Positions 14,501 to 28,900 of a DNA stretch of 64,000 nucleotides are shown here, in pieces (the first letter of the stretch is position 1; each line of letters begins with the position of its first letter). A model generated the notes under the pieces. The model was given only the letters and a program-made list of their open reading frames with translations. It was not told where the DNA came from and made no database searches. Made by a program: the position numbers and the translations under genes. This stretch comes from Lingula anatina (lineage: Eukaryota; Animalia; Brachiopoda): assembly GCA_051362555.1 (NCBI GenBank), contig CM120642.1, positions 31,310,001 through 31,374,000 on the forward strand, given 5' to 3'.

Positions 14501-17500
14501 CTGCTTGCATGCTACCTGCATCATAATTCTAAGATTATGATATATTAGGTCAGAAAATCAGGTTTAATTTAATCTCGTGAAAGTGTGAGTTCAAACCATC
14601 CAGGTCATATGGAACTGTTACATATTTAAAACTCAATAAACATATTTGTCAAGGTTGTGGCACGACCATGCGGGTTGTTTGCCAAACTATGATATAATTT
14701 CTATTGTTCTTGTAGTAATCCTGAGTCAACTTGCCACTGTCATGTGGCTGATATGCTGGTGGCACAGTTGTACATATTGGTAATCTTAGTTATACTGACC
14801 TGGTCATGAGTACGTAATTAAGATTTTGGGTGTTTATTATGGTTACTGCAGTTTTAGATATGTGGGTTCTTTTGTGGCTTTTCCATAAATGAAACAAATG
14901 TAATTTTTAGATTGTTAAAACTTTGCAGAGAAAAATAGGTGATGCTTATTGCAAATTTTTGTGGTAAACTTTTGTAAGATAGAAATTTGGAACAATTTAC
15001 CACTTACAATGGAATTAATGTCCGCTCGAGTCCATACACATACATTTACTTGTTGCTGAAACCAGACACCCTTTCAAAATATTGGCATCAGAATGGAATT
15101 TGATATGAAAATGATGTGAAAAAATGTGTTTTTGGGTGGCATAATAACTGTACATGGTACACCTTTCTTCTTACTGTGCACATTCTTCATTTTATGAAAA
15201 TTGCACATTTTAAACCATGAAAAATGCAGTATTGGTGTCAAATTTATGCTCAGAAGGATGCTAAATTTTCAAAAAAAAAAAGTTTTTTTGTTCACATGTG
15301 TTGTGGTCACACACCTCATCAGTCACACCATCTTGAAATCTGAACCTGAAACTAAACATCGGTTTGCATGTAGAATATTGTCCATCCTCAAATTTGACAA
15401 ATGGAAACCATTGTCAGCATTTAGGTGCCTGGTCAAAAACTATTGTAGCTTTGGTGAACCGTTCCAGTTTGATTGATTTACTGCCAAAATGTTTGTGACC
15501 AAGAATCTGTCAGTGAAATTAATGAAGTGTCAGCAATATAAATTAGATAGACTGAAGTCAATCTTTTACAGATTGAAACAAGTTTACCGTCAAAGTACTT
15601 GTTTTTATTAGCTGGTTAACCACTTAAAGGAGATTTGATTATAGTTGGAATGTTTTAAATTGTTTAATTATCATTCTATTAAAACATTTAAGTGAAGAGT
15701 GTTTAGGCATGTTCTGTTGTCAGTTAGGTTGGTAGGACTGTGTTGTTGAAATGGTTGATCTTTTTTTGTTAATTTTTTTATTAATGTTAATTAAATTTAG
15801 CAGATGATTTAAAGATATATATGTAATTATAAAGAGGATTACTAATGCTTTTCTGTAAAGAAATGTAAATCCATATCGCATGTAGAGTAAGAAAGAGAGA
15901 GAGAAAGCTTAGTTATAAGTTTGCAGTCAGCTTTAACTTAGTCATTGTAATAAAGAATGTCTATAAATTAAAATTCTCAGTCCTCAAATGTTGCTATAGT
16001 TTAATTAAAAGTGACACTTGGGTAAAATAAAAACCAATTAAATATGGCCAAGAGCTGGAAAGATAAGCAAAGGGAATTCAATTAAACATTCTGCCAATAA
16101 ATCAGTCAGAATGCAAGGATAATCATCAAATGGTTTACTTGGTAAATTCTCTATAAATCACCCTGTTTGCAATTACCTTGCAATATCTTCATCTATTATC
16201 TTTCAATTTAAAGTCAAAAACTTTTTCTCTGTGGTTTCTGCCATACGAAATGGTTTACATTTGAAAATGTTCACAAATCCATACACTATTTTGTTTTATG
16301 CCAGTACTTTGAAAAGTTACAGAAATAACAAATTTCCTTTGAAGTGTTTTTAACAGCAAAATCTGCTTTGGAATGTGTCTGCTGCAAATGCGTGTTTGTA
16401 AAAAGTGTCCTGGATTTTATTTTCCAAATTTGTACACAAAATGGCCTGACTTGCTTCCAGCTCAGTAGTAATGGATACGACTTTCGAACAATTATTGTTG
16501 ATAAAAAGGGAAAATTCAGTGAAATATAAATTTACATTTAGAGACTTTAAAAGTTTGTTATCATATATAAAGACTTGGAGCTTGGAAAATATGGAAATTA
16601 TTGAAATCTGTCATAAACGTCTGGAATATCAGTTTATTTTTGATAAAAAAGATCCAATAACTAGCCATTGAAGTAGATTCCAACTGTCAGTGACTTTGTT
16701 TCTCTTAGTAAAATACTAATAACAGTAGATGACATAAAAGTCAATCTAGCTTTTGTCTTATTGCTGAATGAGTATAGTAGCAGAGCTTAGAGAAGTCTAG
16801 TTTTAGAAAAAAAACTACTTTGATATTGGTGTTACATAAAAGCATAATATTAGTTAATCTACATATGTCAATTTTGCCTAAATCATCTTGGTCCAGCACC
16901 CCCCCCCCCCTTTTCGGGCTCATAGGTGTGACTATCTCCAGGTATTCCACATCAACAGTTCTACCCTCTATAACACCTGATGCTGACCCTAGCGGCATGT
17001 TATCCTACTACCTCGTGTCCAGTTTTGGCATTTTCTTATCTCATTGTTGACCAGTTCTCACCAAATGTACTAGTCAGCAGATGGCAAGAGATGAGGTTTG
17101 GAATTTTGGCAATATTTTTACTTGGGCATGAAATGTGCTACAGTCAGGAAGGGGAATTTCATTTGCATTGTGTTGACAATAATGATAACAGTTATCATTA
17201 TTTTATCTTTGTTTTACCAACATTTTCAGTATTATTTCCACATTGATAATTCGTGTTTCGCTTGATAGTTCCGTACTACAGGATATATTTTATTGAACTG
17301 ATCTGATGAAGGTACTAGTAGTGTGCATCTATCAAAATTTCAAATCGAGCAAAAATTAAGCCTGAACTTTTCAAAACTGAATTTTTATTCCTAGGAATGG
17401 AATTTGCTTTTAGTTATTACTGAAAGTGTTTTGTTTGCAAGCCATTTATTTTTTTCTCCCAATAGGAGCAGCAGACTTCTGTTTGCTTTGTCATCATAAT

Positions 17501-19339
17501 CATGGGATTAACACAATGAGATAATCCTAATGGCTGTTCATTAATTAAGATAATATGGGTAATGATTTCTGGGAGCATGGGAAAGGTGCAGATTTCTGGG
17601 AACTGGCATCATGTCAATTAATATTTGATTGAGACTGAGAAAGCGAGAGACATTTATTGCTCATCTTTACTGTCCTCATGAGGCAAAGTCTTTTAATTCA
17701 TGGTACAAAATGTCAACAAGAGTTGTTGATAACAGGGAACTTTCTGTAGAGCTTTCTATTGCAGTATCAACACATTTCAAGGGCTTTGGTAATCAAATGT
17801 TAATGGCATTTTATTCTAAATTGTAGTCTTGCTGTGGCTTACTTATTTATTGTAGGTGGGTTTTTACCCATTATATTCTTAATTAAAGTAACATTTAAAC
17901 AACACCAAGTTGAAAGAAGCTGCTTGCTTTCAAATGCAATTAGCAAACAGAATCCATTTCGCAAAATGAGAAAAAAAGTATTGGTTAAAGCACTTGAGAG
18001 AGCAGTTGCTGTTATTAAACATGTGCGTATCAAAATGCTCTCAACATTTGCTAAGTTAGCATTAAACATGTCTTTGTTGAGACCAACACTAGGTTGGAGC
18101 TGATGGATCCACTCAGCATTTAGCTTTAGAAAGTTTTTTCATTTGGATATAGAATTCCATTCTTCAGAAAGAGAGAAGAAAATCAATGGAATAAAATACA
18201 AAATTTCTTTTACTCCATTACATGCTTAGTAATGATAGACATGGGTAGCTGACAGCTTTTACTGAAGTGTTTCCTGGCTTAATATAACAAGACAGGTAAA
18301 TTTACCACTGCTTTCTTTGCACATAATGGCTGATGGTTTCAAAAACTGCTGATTTTGTTTCCATTAAAACCCATTTAGAAGTGTGCAATAATTGCTCACA
18401 CCATACCTAGTGCAGGCACCGGAACTAGCTGTTTGTATTCTCCATGTAAAGAGCTGAATAGCGGGAATATTGTTTTTTGTTTTGACGAAAATGCATTAAA
18501 GTAAATTCTGCAATTTCCAGAACTCACTTCTTCTGTAAACTGAGCAGAGGGCACCTGTTCTTGAAGCCCTTGGCTGGAGATTGTCTCTTAATGTCATTTC
18601 TTTCCCTACATATTCACCAATTTCACTGGTAGATAAGATTGTTGAATGCAATTTGCTGGCAATTTGCTCGTCACTGAGTAAATTGATTTAATTGTATGAT
18701 TTTGATGGTACCCAATGTAAAACTAAATGGAATCTGTGTAAATAGATCAAATGGATTAAATTTAGATTTTTAAAAGTAGTTTTAATATGATTTATGATTA
18801 TTTTCTGATGTTATCTATTTTTAGAACAATTTTCAGTTCAATTTTTAAAAGTGTATTTCTTTTTGCAGATAGTTTGTAAAACAGTTGTCACTTACATCAA
18901 AACACAAATGCAAATCGATTCAGAAGCACTTACAAAGTAGCGCACCATTTTAAAATTCCACAGATTACTCTTAGTGAAAATTGACCAGGGCCTTAAAGAA
19001 GAAACTAGAGTTTGAATTCAATTACAGAAAGAGACAGGGAGGAGAGTGTGTATTTGTCTTTGATCATATTTTGTAGTACACACTGTATCTATGCTTGTGA
19101 TCTGGTATTTGATCTGCTGCTGGTTGGATTCTTCCATTCAGGGAGAGGGGGGATGGGTTGTGTGATTGAATGAGATAAGTGATAAAACTGGCAGAAACTG
19201 AGATGAACTGAAGAGCTTTTTAATCATTTATGGTCTATTATTGTGGTTTTGTTAAACTAGTGTCACGAAGTAAAGCTTTCTACATATTTTTCTCTTTTTA
19301 AAAAACACCTGTCCCTCCCCTGCAAGTCTTCTCTGGCTC

Positions 19340-19978
19340 ATAAAGATTTTCATGTCTGCAGCCGCTAAAAGCATATCAGATTAGGTGGTCCAATGAGAGA
19401 GGCCGGGCCTTTGAGAGCGATAGCAGGGTATACTGTTCAATAAGATTGACAGACGCGGCAGATGCACGATCAAAAAGTGCTGATTTGTTCTGGTATGGGT
19501 TCTTGTGATTTTTCAATTTCAGAAAAGATGTATATATCGCAGGAGTCCAATTTGTTCTCTTTGGTAGGGAGAGCATGGTTGCGTAACAGACTTAATTCAC
19601 TTTCCATTTAAGGCGGCAAAATAGTAAAAAGTGTGACTGACAGACTCCAACGAGAGATATCCAAGCAAATGCATGCTGTCACAGTTTTTACCAAAGTGTT
19701 CAATGCCTCAGGGACAGGATCAAGTTCTTCACAGTTTTCACAATTGCTTTCAAAGCAAGGTTCTCAAGTTTTCGTGGTCTTGTGTCTTTTCAGTGCTACC
19801 CTTGCTGCGTACGGATCTACTTTGTGTGCTGCTTATGCCGCATGTGTGCTGACACGAGAGTGTAATCGGCAAGCATTCAAGAAACACGGGCGTTCCATGA
19901 CAACAACTGATATGATAGCTAGTATTCCCCAAGTCTTTTCACATTTGTTTGAATAAAAGATCTCACAAATTGGTAAGT
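19340..19978 (+). promoter_or_regulatory. CpG-retaining island: candidate promoter plus non-coding first exon ending at 19972
   Basis: CCAAT boxes near 19390 and 19547 and elevated CpG. The island ends abruptly at donor TTG|GTAAGT (19973), followed by T-rich intron-like sequence. Confidence 0.4.
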
Positions 19979-22900
19979 TGTGACTTTTTTTTTTTTTTTG
20001 TTTTTTTTTGTTTAATGTATAAACGACTGAAATGTCATTACTCAGCAGATTTTAAATACATTTTTGAAAAAAAAATGTTTTGTGAATCATGTTTCTCCGT
20101 AAGGTTGATGAGAGTTCTGGTGCTCTTAGCACAAATTTGAGATTGACTTTTATGGCATTTGTAGAAAGCTGGTTAGTGTGCCTTTACAAATTAACTTACC
20201 TGATCCCAGTTCATCAAAGCCTACCTTTACAGAGTAGATTGCATAATTAGAGCTTCACTTTCAGCTTAGATGTAGCATTTTCAATTTTCACCTTGGTTTG
20301 TTATCTCGAATATATGTGCCACTCAAATGGCTGACATTCCTCTGGGGAGAAGGCAGATGCATCCTATTTAACCGTGAAATTGAAACTTGTAGAAAGTAAA
20401 TTAAATTTAGTAAATGATAGAAATTTATGTAATGTTGCTTAACTTTTAGTGTGTGGAATTTTTTGCCCTGATCTGCCCACATGTATTTTGTTTTTGTCAA
20501 AAGTTGGTTAAGATTTTGTCAAAAACCTTCTCCAGTATTTAAGGGATAAAAGACAAGTATCAAAAAGTACCAATTTGAAGGGAAAAAAATTAGGAAATTA
20601 AAGATGTTTCTATTCATAATCATCATTCATAAATTGTTACAAGAATGCCCAAAACAAGTCTGCAAGATAAATAAACCCTTAATTTCTTAGCAAATAAATT
20701 ATTTTGATTCTGAAAAGAGCTGCCATATGAATAAAAATTTCCATGGTGACATCTATTTACAATGACAGAAGTTTCCTTATTAATGTAAATGTAGCAGTCC
20801 CACCCAGTTTTTAAAGAAAAAAAATGTGCAGAGACTGTGGAGACACTTCCAAACTATTTTAGCCAGTAATTTCACTGTCTACAGGGCTGTGTATAGAACC
20901 ATAAAATACTGGGTTGTGTTCTTTGTCTCTCCTGACACGTTGAATATATTCTGCAACCTTTTCATTTTCCAAACAAAGTTTTCCTGACACGTTGTATATG
21001 TTCAACACTGTCACTTTTTTCAGGTAAAAAAGGGGAGAAAATAACAAGTTGTGAAACACATGTGCTAAACATTTCATTAGAGGATTAAAAAACTTGAACT
21101 AATTCTGAAATTTAAAAAAAATCCCTCTTGCACTGATCAGTCTGGAAACATGGGTTACCAACACAATTTAAAACTAAATCTTGTCCATGCCCTAGGGGGG
21201 CAGAAATACTATTTCACAGGCCATGACCCTGTATAATACAATCCTCAGTAGTGTCCTCTGGCTTCTCTGCATGGCTACTCTAGTTGATGGGCCCCTACTC
21301 TACCATTGTCTCTTTCTACCTGGAACAGGGAAATAACAAAATGATTAATCAATGTGTGATTTATTGTTTTCACTGACAAAATATACCTGCAAGACAGATG
21401 AGGCAGTGATTAGTTATGATTAATAGTAGTTACATATATACTGGTTCAAGTTGAAAATGTCAGGTGAAAGGAGAGTTATCTAACACAGTCCTGTACTCTA
21501 GGTGGGAGGTATGCACAGGTAGATATTACCACTGAGTCTCGAGACAAAAAAGTATACCTATGATACAAAAACTTTAAATCACATCTGCAAGCAACAAAAG
21601 TACCCTGTATTCTTTTAATGCACAGAACTTTGGATATGAACCTGATATGAACCTGATGTTGTGACAGGGCTCAGCAAATAATTTTGTAGGAACATTTGTT
21701 CCTTAAAGGATTAATTTTATGGATCTTTAATTTCATTTTGATTAAGTCTTTAGTTAATCCTTGCGCACTTAGTGGCTATCATAATGATATTGTTTCATTG
21801 GTGACTTTGATAACTAACATGTATTCATCTTACTTAATCCAGTCTGATCAGTTGTTTCTGTGCAGAAAATCTTACCATACAAGATAATAGGTATAGATAA
21901 ATAAAGTGATGAGAATATAATAATGGTGTTAAAAGTCATTTACCAGAATTAAGTTGCAGACTTTGATATTTCAAACCAGTATTGTATGAGTAATAATCTA
22001 CTTTACTGTTACCACGCCCCACCTGCTGAGCAATTAAAAAGAAACTTTCCAGGAGCTGAGAAATATGTAAAATGGATTTTTTTCAAAGGTCAGTTGTTTC
22101 TTGGAGTGGTCAGTATGCACTATTTTGTTAGTTCCAGATCATGTTTGATAAGAAGGTTAGATAGATAAGCACTCTGTAACCTGATTGTTTGAATGGAACT
22201 TCTTTTAAAAAATAGATAGAATGATGTATAGAAGGTAGAATGAATCAAAGGAGCATTTACTACAGAATGACATTTTAAAAATTGGAGGACTTATAAACAA
22301 TTCTTTATTTAGAAAAAAATGCAACAAAAAAAATATGTAAAAAAAGACACAGACAAGCAATTGTTTTTTTGGTTAGATTTTGAATCATTTTGAGTAGTTG
22401 GGAGGTTATAAGAATATGGTCCAATCCATCTCTTTCCAGACTCTCACACCTCTCGTTTCCTCACCTCTTATCTACCCAATACTTCCAGCAGCACACACTG
22501 GGGACAGATCAAGTGTTTTCTTTCAAAAAAATACTCTTCATAAGGAGTACTTAAAAGAAGCAAAATGACTTCTTTCCTCCCTGTTTCTCCACAGTTCCAC
22601 TTGTGTTTTATTCAGTGTGACGGCTGTGGTGAGTGGACAGCGGTGTTAACATGGGGAAAGTTATGTGGATAGAAACTGTCTTGCACATGGTCAGATTCAT
22701 CAGTCAGAGGGCATTGGCTGACTGGGAGTTCCCACTACCTTATCTTTCATATTTGTGTATCGTATGCTCTTGGAGAGATTTGATTTATGGATTGCAGATA
22801 TGAGTGTGTAGTTCTTTGATTCCGGATGATGGTATTTGTGAGACGAGAAATTGTGGTTGAGGAAATTTACCAAGCTGACAACCAAGGTTTCCCAGGATTT

Positions 22901-25900
22901 GTAAAAGGTTTTTGTTTCCTTTCATGTATTATTGAATTAATAACCACACTGATGTATCTAAATCTACAACAAAAGATGACTTCTATTTCCTTCATTCTCT
23001 CTTTTTTTTTCAGCTCTTAATGGTAATGCAATATCTCATAGCAAGGTTGAAACCAGATCCCTTGTTTTGAAACTAGGAACAACATATCTTCATGCTTGCC
23101 AGGCATGGAACAAATCTCTGGAAATCTTTCTACATGTTTTAGTCACTCAGAAATTCATTGTCCAGCTCAGATTTCTCCTTGTCACTGTCCATCAAGATGG
23201 ACACATGTCAGAGTTGAGTGCATAGTCTCTGTAAACTAAGAAAAATGCTATTTGCTCATGAAAAAGGATGATATCAGTTCTCTGTATATTTCTATCAGTA
23301 ATATTTCTCTGGGAAGAAAAGTACTGATGTGAGTAACTTGATGATTGTAAAATGTGAAAATTAGACAGGGAATGGAGGATTTCCAAATAAAATGAAAAGA
23401 TATTTTTTAAACTTTTAGCTTAGCCAACAGGTATATGAGACAAATTAAATTACCCTCTAAGATATATTTATGTATTTCCCTAATTCTGCATTCTGCCAGG
23501 TTCATTTAATGGTCGTCCCTAACTGATCATGTCTCTGGGGGTCAGAAACAGTTATCGTGAAGAAAACAAGTTATCTCGATATAGGTATCCCTCTGCTTTT
23601 TTTCCTCATGTTTTTAAACAGTAGGGACTAGGCATTCTGAGTTTCCAAACAAAACCTTTCTTGTTGTTTCTACCACCATGCACCGTGACCATCTGTTGTC
23701 AATTGCTTGTGTGGCCTGTTAAGAAATCGGACAAAAATGATTATATTCCTTTTTTTTTTTTTTTTTTTTTTTATTTGCAGCTGTAAAATCTGCTTCGTTT
23801 CTTTCATTCCATGTTGCCTGCAGCATGGATTGTAATTCCTCTTAATGAGAACTTGTTCTTGGAATACAGACAGGTTTTTTTACAAATTTCTGAATGCAAT
23901 TTGAGGGCCCCAGACAGTTCATCGATGTCGATTTTTTAAAGACTGACTCTCTTTGTTAGTGAATGAGAAATGGCAGTTGGAGATACGGATATTACACATC
24001 CTCTGAGGTTGGCACATCCTCTACACAGCAGAATTTCATATTAAAAAGAAAAAGAAAAACCAGGATTTCCTCGTGTAACTTCTGAATATGATTTGGCTGT
24101 CTGGGCTACAGAGCATTGATAGTGACTTACAGGTGTTCCTCTTTCCAACACATTTTCCCTGACACCTTTCAGTATAGAAAACAGCAGAGGTACATGTGTT
24201 AGACTCTGAATCTCAAGTTTTGGAGACTTCTTGAACGTTCAGGTGGTGTTAAGTTTTCACCTTTCAAACCTGGCCTAGCTGGTCTGTCACTGTGGAGTGT
24301 CAGGGGGTTTGATGTACCTTTGATGTTATATAGTTTAACAGGTAAGAGGACAGGTGAGGTGCTTGACATTAAACAGGGGCAGTTAGTTCTTAGGACTGTA
24401 TTGTCCAACATTGTAAATAGACATGTTTTGGTTAAATATTTCTTGATCTGTCTCCAGTCCTCAGCCTCTTTGATTGGAGTTGACACAATGAGTTCAAAGT
24501 AACACTTTTAATTAGCACGTGACTGTAGTGAGTAGCACAATAATATGAGATCTAAAAAGTATAATAATAGGATATAAAGTGGCAGTGGATTCTTGCTGAG
24601 ACACACTAGCACATGACATGGTCCATTGTTTGGATGGCACATAGGAAATATGCTGGTTTCTGTCACATTTATTCACCTTAACCTTAGAATTCAGGTCTAC
24701 CTGTTCATTAGTCTTTTTAAACTTATAACAACATAATTCTAAATGGATGTTTTTCTTGAATTTTTGGAATTTAAAGAACCATTGAATAGAACGCAAAAAA
24801 AACGGCCAAGATACAAGTGCTGCATGTTGATAATAATTATAGTAACTTAATGAATTCCTTTGATCGCCTAAATGAAATTCTGATGAACTGAGTGGATCCA
24901 AGTTTTCAAACAATTAACCCTCATCCTAACTGAAATCAATGGATGCCCTGGGCTTACTACGGCACGTAGCTTTATTTCCCCCTCTCACCTCCTGATCACT
25001 ACTCGGTAAATACGGCATAGTGCCTTAAATGATGGGGCGAACCGCCTGCCAATATTTAGTGAATGGCAAAGAACAATGTCGCCCATACCTTGGTCAATTA
25101 CATCAACATTGACTTTGCGTTTGTTTGTGCCATTTGTTAAAGTCTTGCTTGTTGACACCAACTATTGCTTATTGATCAGGTGATTAGTGAGGACAGAAGG
25201 AAGGACAACCGGGGGGTAGGGGGGGGGAGAAAAGAGGGGGTTGTATCCCTTAAGTAAATGCTCTGTGTTAGTTGTAAGGTTGATTTGTTTCTGCTGGCAT
25301 TGAAAATATCAGAATGACTACTCACAGGTTCAAAGCAATATTTAGGATTGCATTCTAAAGTGAGATAATTCACACGTTTCATTTCCTTCTTTTAAATGTT
25401 TTATAACTGCCCCCTTGAAAAAATGTTATGAGAATTGATTGTGGATAAGTGGGGATTAAGCAAAAAAAAATGAGAGTAGCATAAAAGAAGAGAGATGTCT
25501 CCTCATGTAGTTTTATAGATCATTTCGTTCCTATGCCGTAATTTCATTATGTTTTGATAGCCGTAGGAAGAGAAATATAGCCAAAGGACAGCTGAAAACA
25601 TAGAGACATTTCATAATTCCCACTCCCCTATTTGCAAACAATTATCATCTTCACTGCTCTGTCTGATTGATGCAAATAGGATGCAAATAATGAATTATCT
25701 TCAGTTGTTTTTTCCCAGGCTAATTGATGCCTTTCCCCGTTCTTTTTGCGAGTGTAATTTCATTCAGTAAATTTGCAAAATTGAATTATTTTCAGTCTGG
25801 TATTTGCCTGGTCCACTGCATTGAAAACCCGCAAAACCCCTGAGTAAATTTAAAGAGATGGCCTTCATCAATTGGGAAAACAAGAAAATATTTGCTCAAT

Positions 25901-28900
25901 TGTAATCAAAATAAATTAGCACCCTGAAGTGTAGGATGGGAATAAAGGAACAGCATACATAATTCACTAGTTACACTATTACATAGGGTTTGCAATGGGG
26001 GGAGTCTCTGATGTTTTTGAGTCATTCCGCCTGTGTTGATCTAACTTTTCCACTCTTTTTGTGGCATTTTCGGACTTCTGTGTATCCTTTCTTGTAGTCT
26101 AGGACCGATCATTCTTCCAGGCACCTGTTTATATATGCTATTGCTCTGCGATGGCAGTATTGTTATTTCTTATTGGAGAACTGTTTCACCACTGAGAGCC
26201 TCAAAAATAACAGATCATTTACCTGAAGCGTCTGACAACAAGCTAACAGATACAGTTGCGAACTTCGACACTGTCCATCTTGTGGTTACATTAGTACTGT
26301 TGTCGCTACTTCCATGTGCAGTAATTATCGTTTGGACATTTTTGATTGAACATCTTATTGGGAAATGAATAAGGCTAGACGTTTTGCACTTCCATTGTCA
26401 TCTATGTCAGCTGAACGATATTAATGTAGGATGAGGAAAGGTCAGGAAGGTTTGCTGTGTCATTTCTAGCCTCCATGAATGACCTGCCAGAGGGGCACAA
26501 GGTATATCTATACAAGTAATGCAAGTAGATTGCTGAAGTCACAAATACAATTTTTATAGCACATTTTATCATGTGAAAAAAGTTTGATTGAAGTGTAACA
26601 TGAATGAGATATTAACAAACATTCGCTTCCTTGTTTGATTTTTGCCATCATGATAACTTTGATATATGATTTTGAAATCCTCTTGTGAAATAATTGAGCA
26701 ACAGATTTTTTCTCTTGAGAAATCATCCGACATCTCACGTAACTTGATAATTGTGTAATTTGGCCATAAATATATCAGATTTGTACTATGCTTACCTCTT
26801 TTTGTATTTAATTGCATGTAAGACACGACACACTTGATAAATGTCCTTCTAAGGAAGAGGAATTTTGAATCCACTTGCACTTTGTGATGTAAACTTTTGC
26901 AGGAGAAATCTTAGCAAATGGCTGCCAGAGCAAACGTAATTGTCAAGTATGCCGTGTTGATAGCAGTTTGATAGTAGACTTGAGTAATTAAATGGACCTT
27001 AAATCACTTCCCAGAAAAAATATATAGACTTAACAGTCCATTTGTGACAAAAAGCAGGACAGAAATGTTTCTGATAGTGTAAACATTTGTGTGGTATTTA
27101 ACCTTGGTTATGTTTCATTAAATATTGCCAAGCTATGTTTTAGGATGTAAATGGTGTGGGGGTTTTTAGGATTTTTTTTTTTCGTTGCAGAAAGGATACA
27201 TTTTCCTTTGAAATAACTCTTATACCTACATATAATATTTGTTATTTGAATTATCTATCAAGGGCACAAACTGTTTTTAATAGCATAACCTAAGCCAGTT
27301 GTAAGCCTTTCTTTTATTGGACCAGTGCAAAGGATATATTTGTTTGGTGTTGTTCTTCTCTTGCAAATTTGAAGCACCCTGTTATCTAACAAAAAATCAG
27401 ATTCCAGGGAGGACAAATTAGTTTCTGCAAGCAGTTCTGAATATCCCACTCTAAGGTTATTAACTTGTTAGCTCTGGGCTTAAATCCCATTTTCTAAAGG
27501 TAACAGTTGTGGAAATCAAGATCAGTAATCTACCCCCAGAAAACGTTTCTCTCAGTCCGTTGGCACCAGCTGACAAACACTTGACGGATCATGGCAAGCT
27601 CTTCAGTAAGGGAGGCACTATTCATCATGTGTGGATGCTTTATAGCGTAAAGAAGGGTAATACATTGTAAATGGGGATAAGTTAAGTAAAGTGCCTTGTG
27701 ACACTTGAGTTGAGACAAAAGAGAATGGGGAGGGTACGAACAAGACCAGATGTGAAGTTCTTTAAAGGTGTGGAAGACAGGCACAGCCAGACAAACCCAA
27801 TGATTGGACCTCTCATTTGCAGTTCTCTTCACATATGCAATGCTGCATATATAATGTGATTTGCCTTGTGCATATGGTGACACTTGTGGCAACAATGGAT
27901 CTATTCACATCAAAGATTGTCAGGTTAATTCTCCAAGTGTGTGGCATTTGCTCTGTATTGTTCCATAAAGTTTGTCTGTTTGTGGTCCTAATTATGTAAC
28001 CTCACTTTACCTGATAATCCAGTTTAATATGTGGAAGATTATTAGGATCATGTAAAAAGGAAAAAGCTATCCCAGTAATTACTGAATTCCACTAGGCATT
28101 GGGAATAATTTAGTGGTGTTGCTGTAGAAACCAGACCGAATGAAATTATATATAATGTAGGGATAAAACGTTTGAGAGCAGAAATTTTGTTAACTGAAAT
28201 AGGTACTTGTAATTGTAAGCAAGTGTTTTCCATAAGTGAAAAGAAATAAATGTTAGACTCATTTCAGAGAAGATATTTGGTAATTCGATTATGATGCATA
28301 ACATGACACAACCTTAAAAAATTCACCATTGCGCCTTGTTTTTGAAACCAAGGCTTATCTGCAATCCCGCATGTAACCAGAAGTAATCTACCGTAGAGAA
28401 TAAATAAAACATGATCACAATTTAAGTGAAACTGATCATTCTTTTAAAATGTGCCCTATTTGTATACCAGACTGTTTATATTTGGAGAGAAAACAGAACC
28501 AGGGGTTGGAAGGCTCCAGACACCAGGAGGAAAGCAGACGAAGCCAGGGGATAAGATTATGTAAATTGGGTCAACAATTTCTTAATTTTTGGTTCTGCGA
28601 ATCTAGCTAAATTTATCTGTTGCATTATATTCTTTGTTTAAAAGAATTTGCTTCTTTTATCTGTCAAATCAAAAATTTGAGCCAAACTACAGACTGATTA
28701 TCAAATAACGTTTTATTTGCTTCTATTTTTAATGCAAAAAAATGATGTTGCTAGTCATTTGTATTGGGAAACATCTTACAGTGGATCAATTATTAGGCAA
28801 ATTTAATAGAAATTAATGACAAAAAAAGTTTCACATTTTCTTTTACCAAAAGAACCCTATTTGAGATCATTTTGCAGAACTGAGCAAAGCCCAGGGATGC

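Noticed and set aside
19633-19956. 107-aa ORF with a hydrophobic stretch
   Set aside because: GTG start and no recognisable family. It is better explained as non-coding island or leader sequence.
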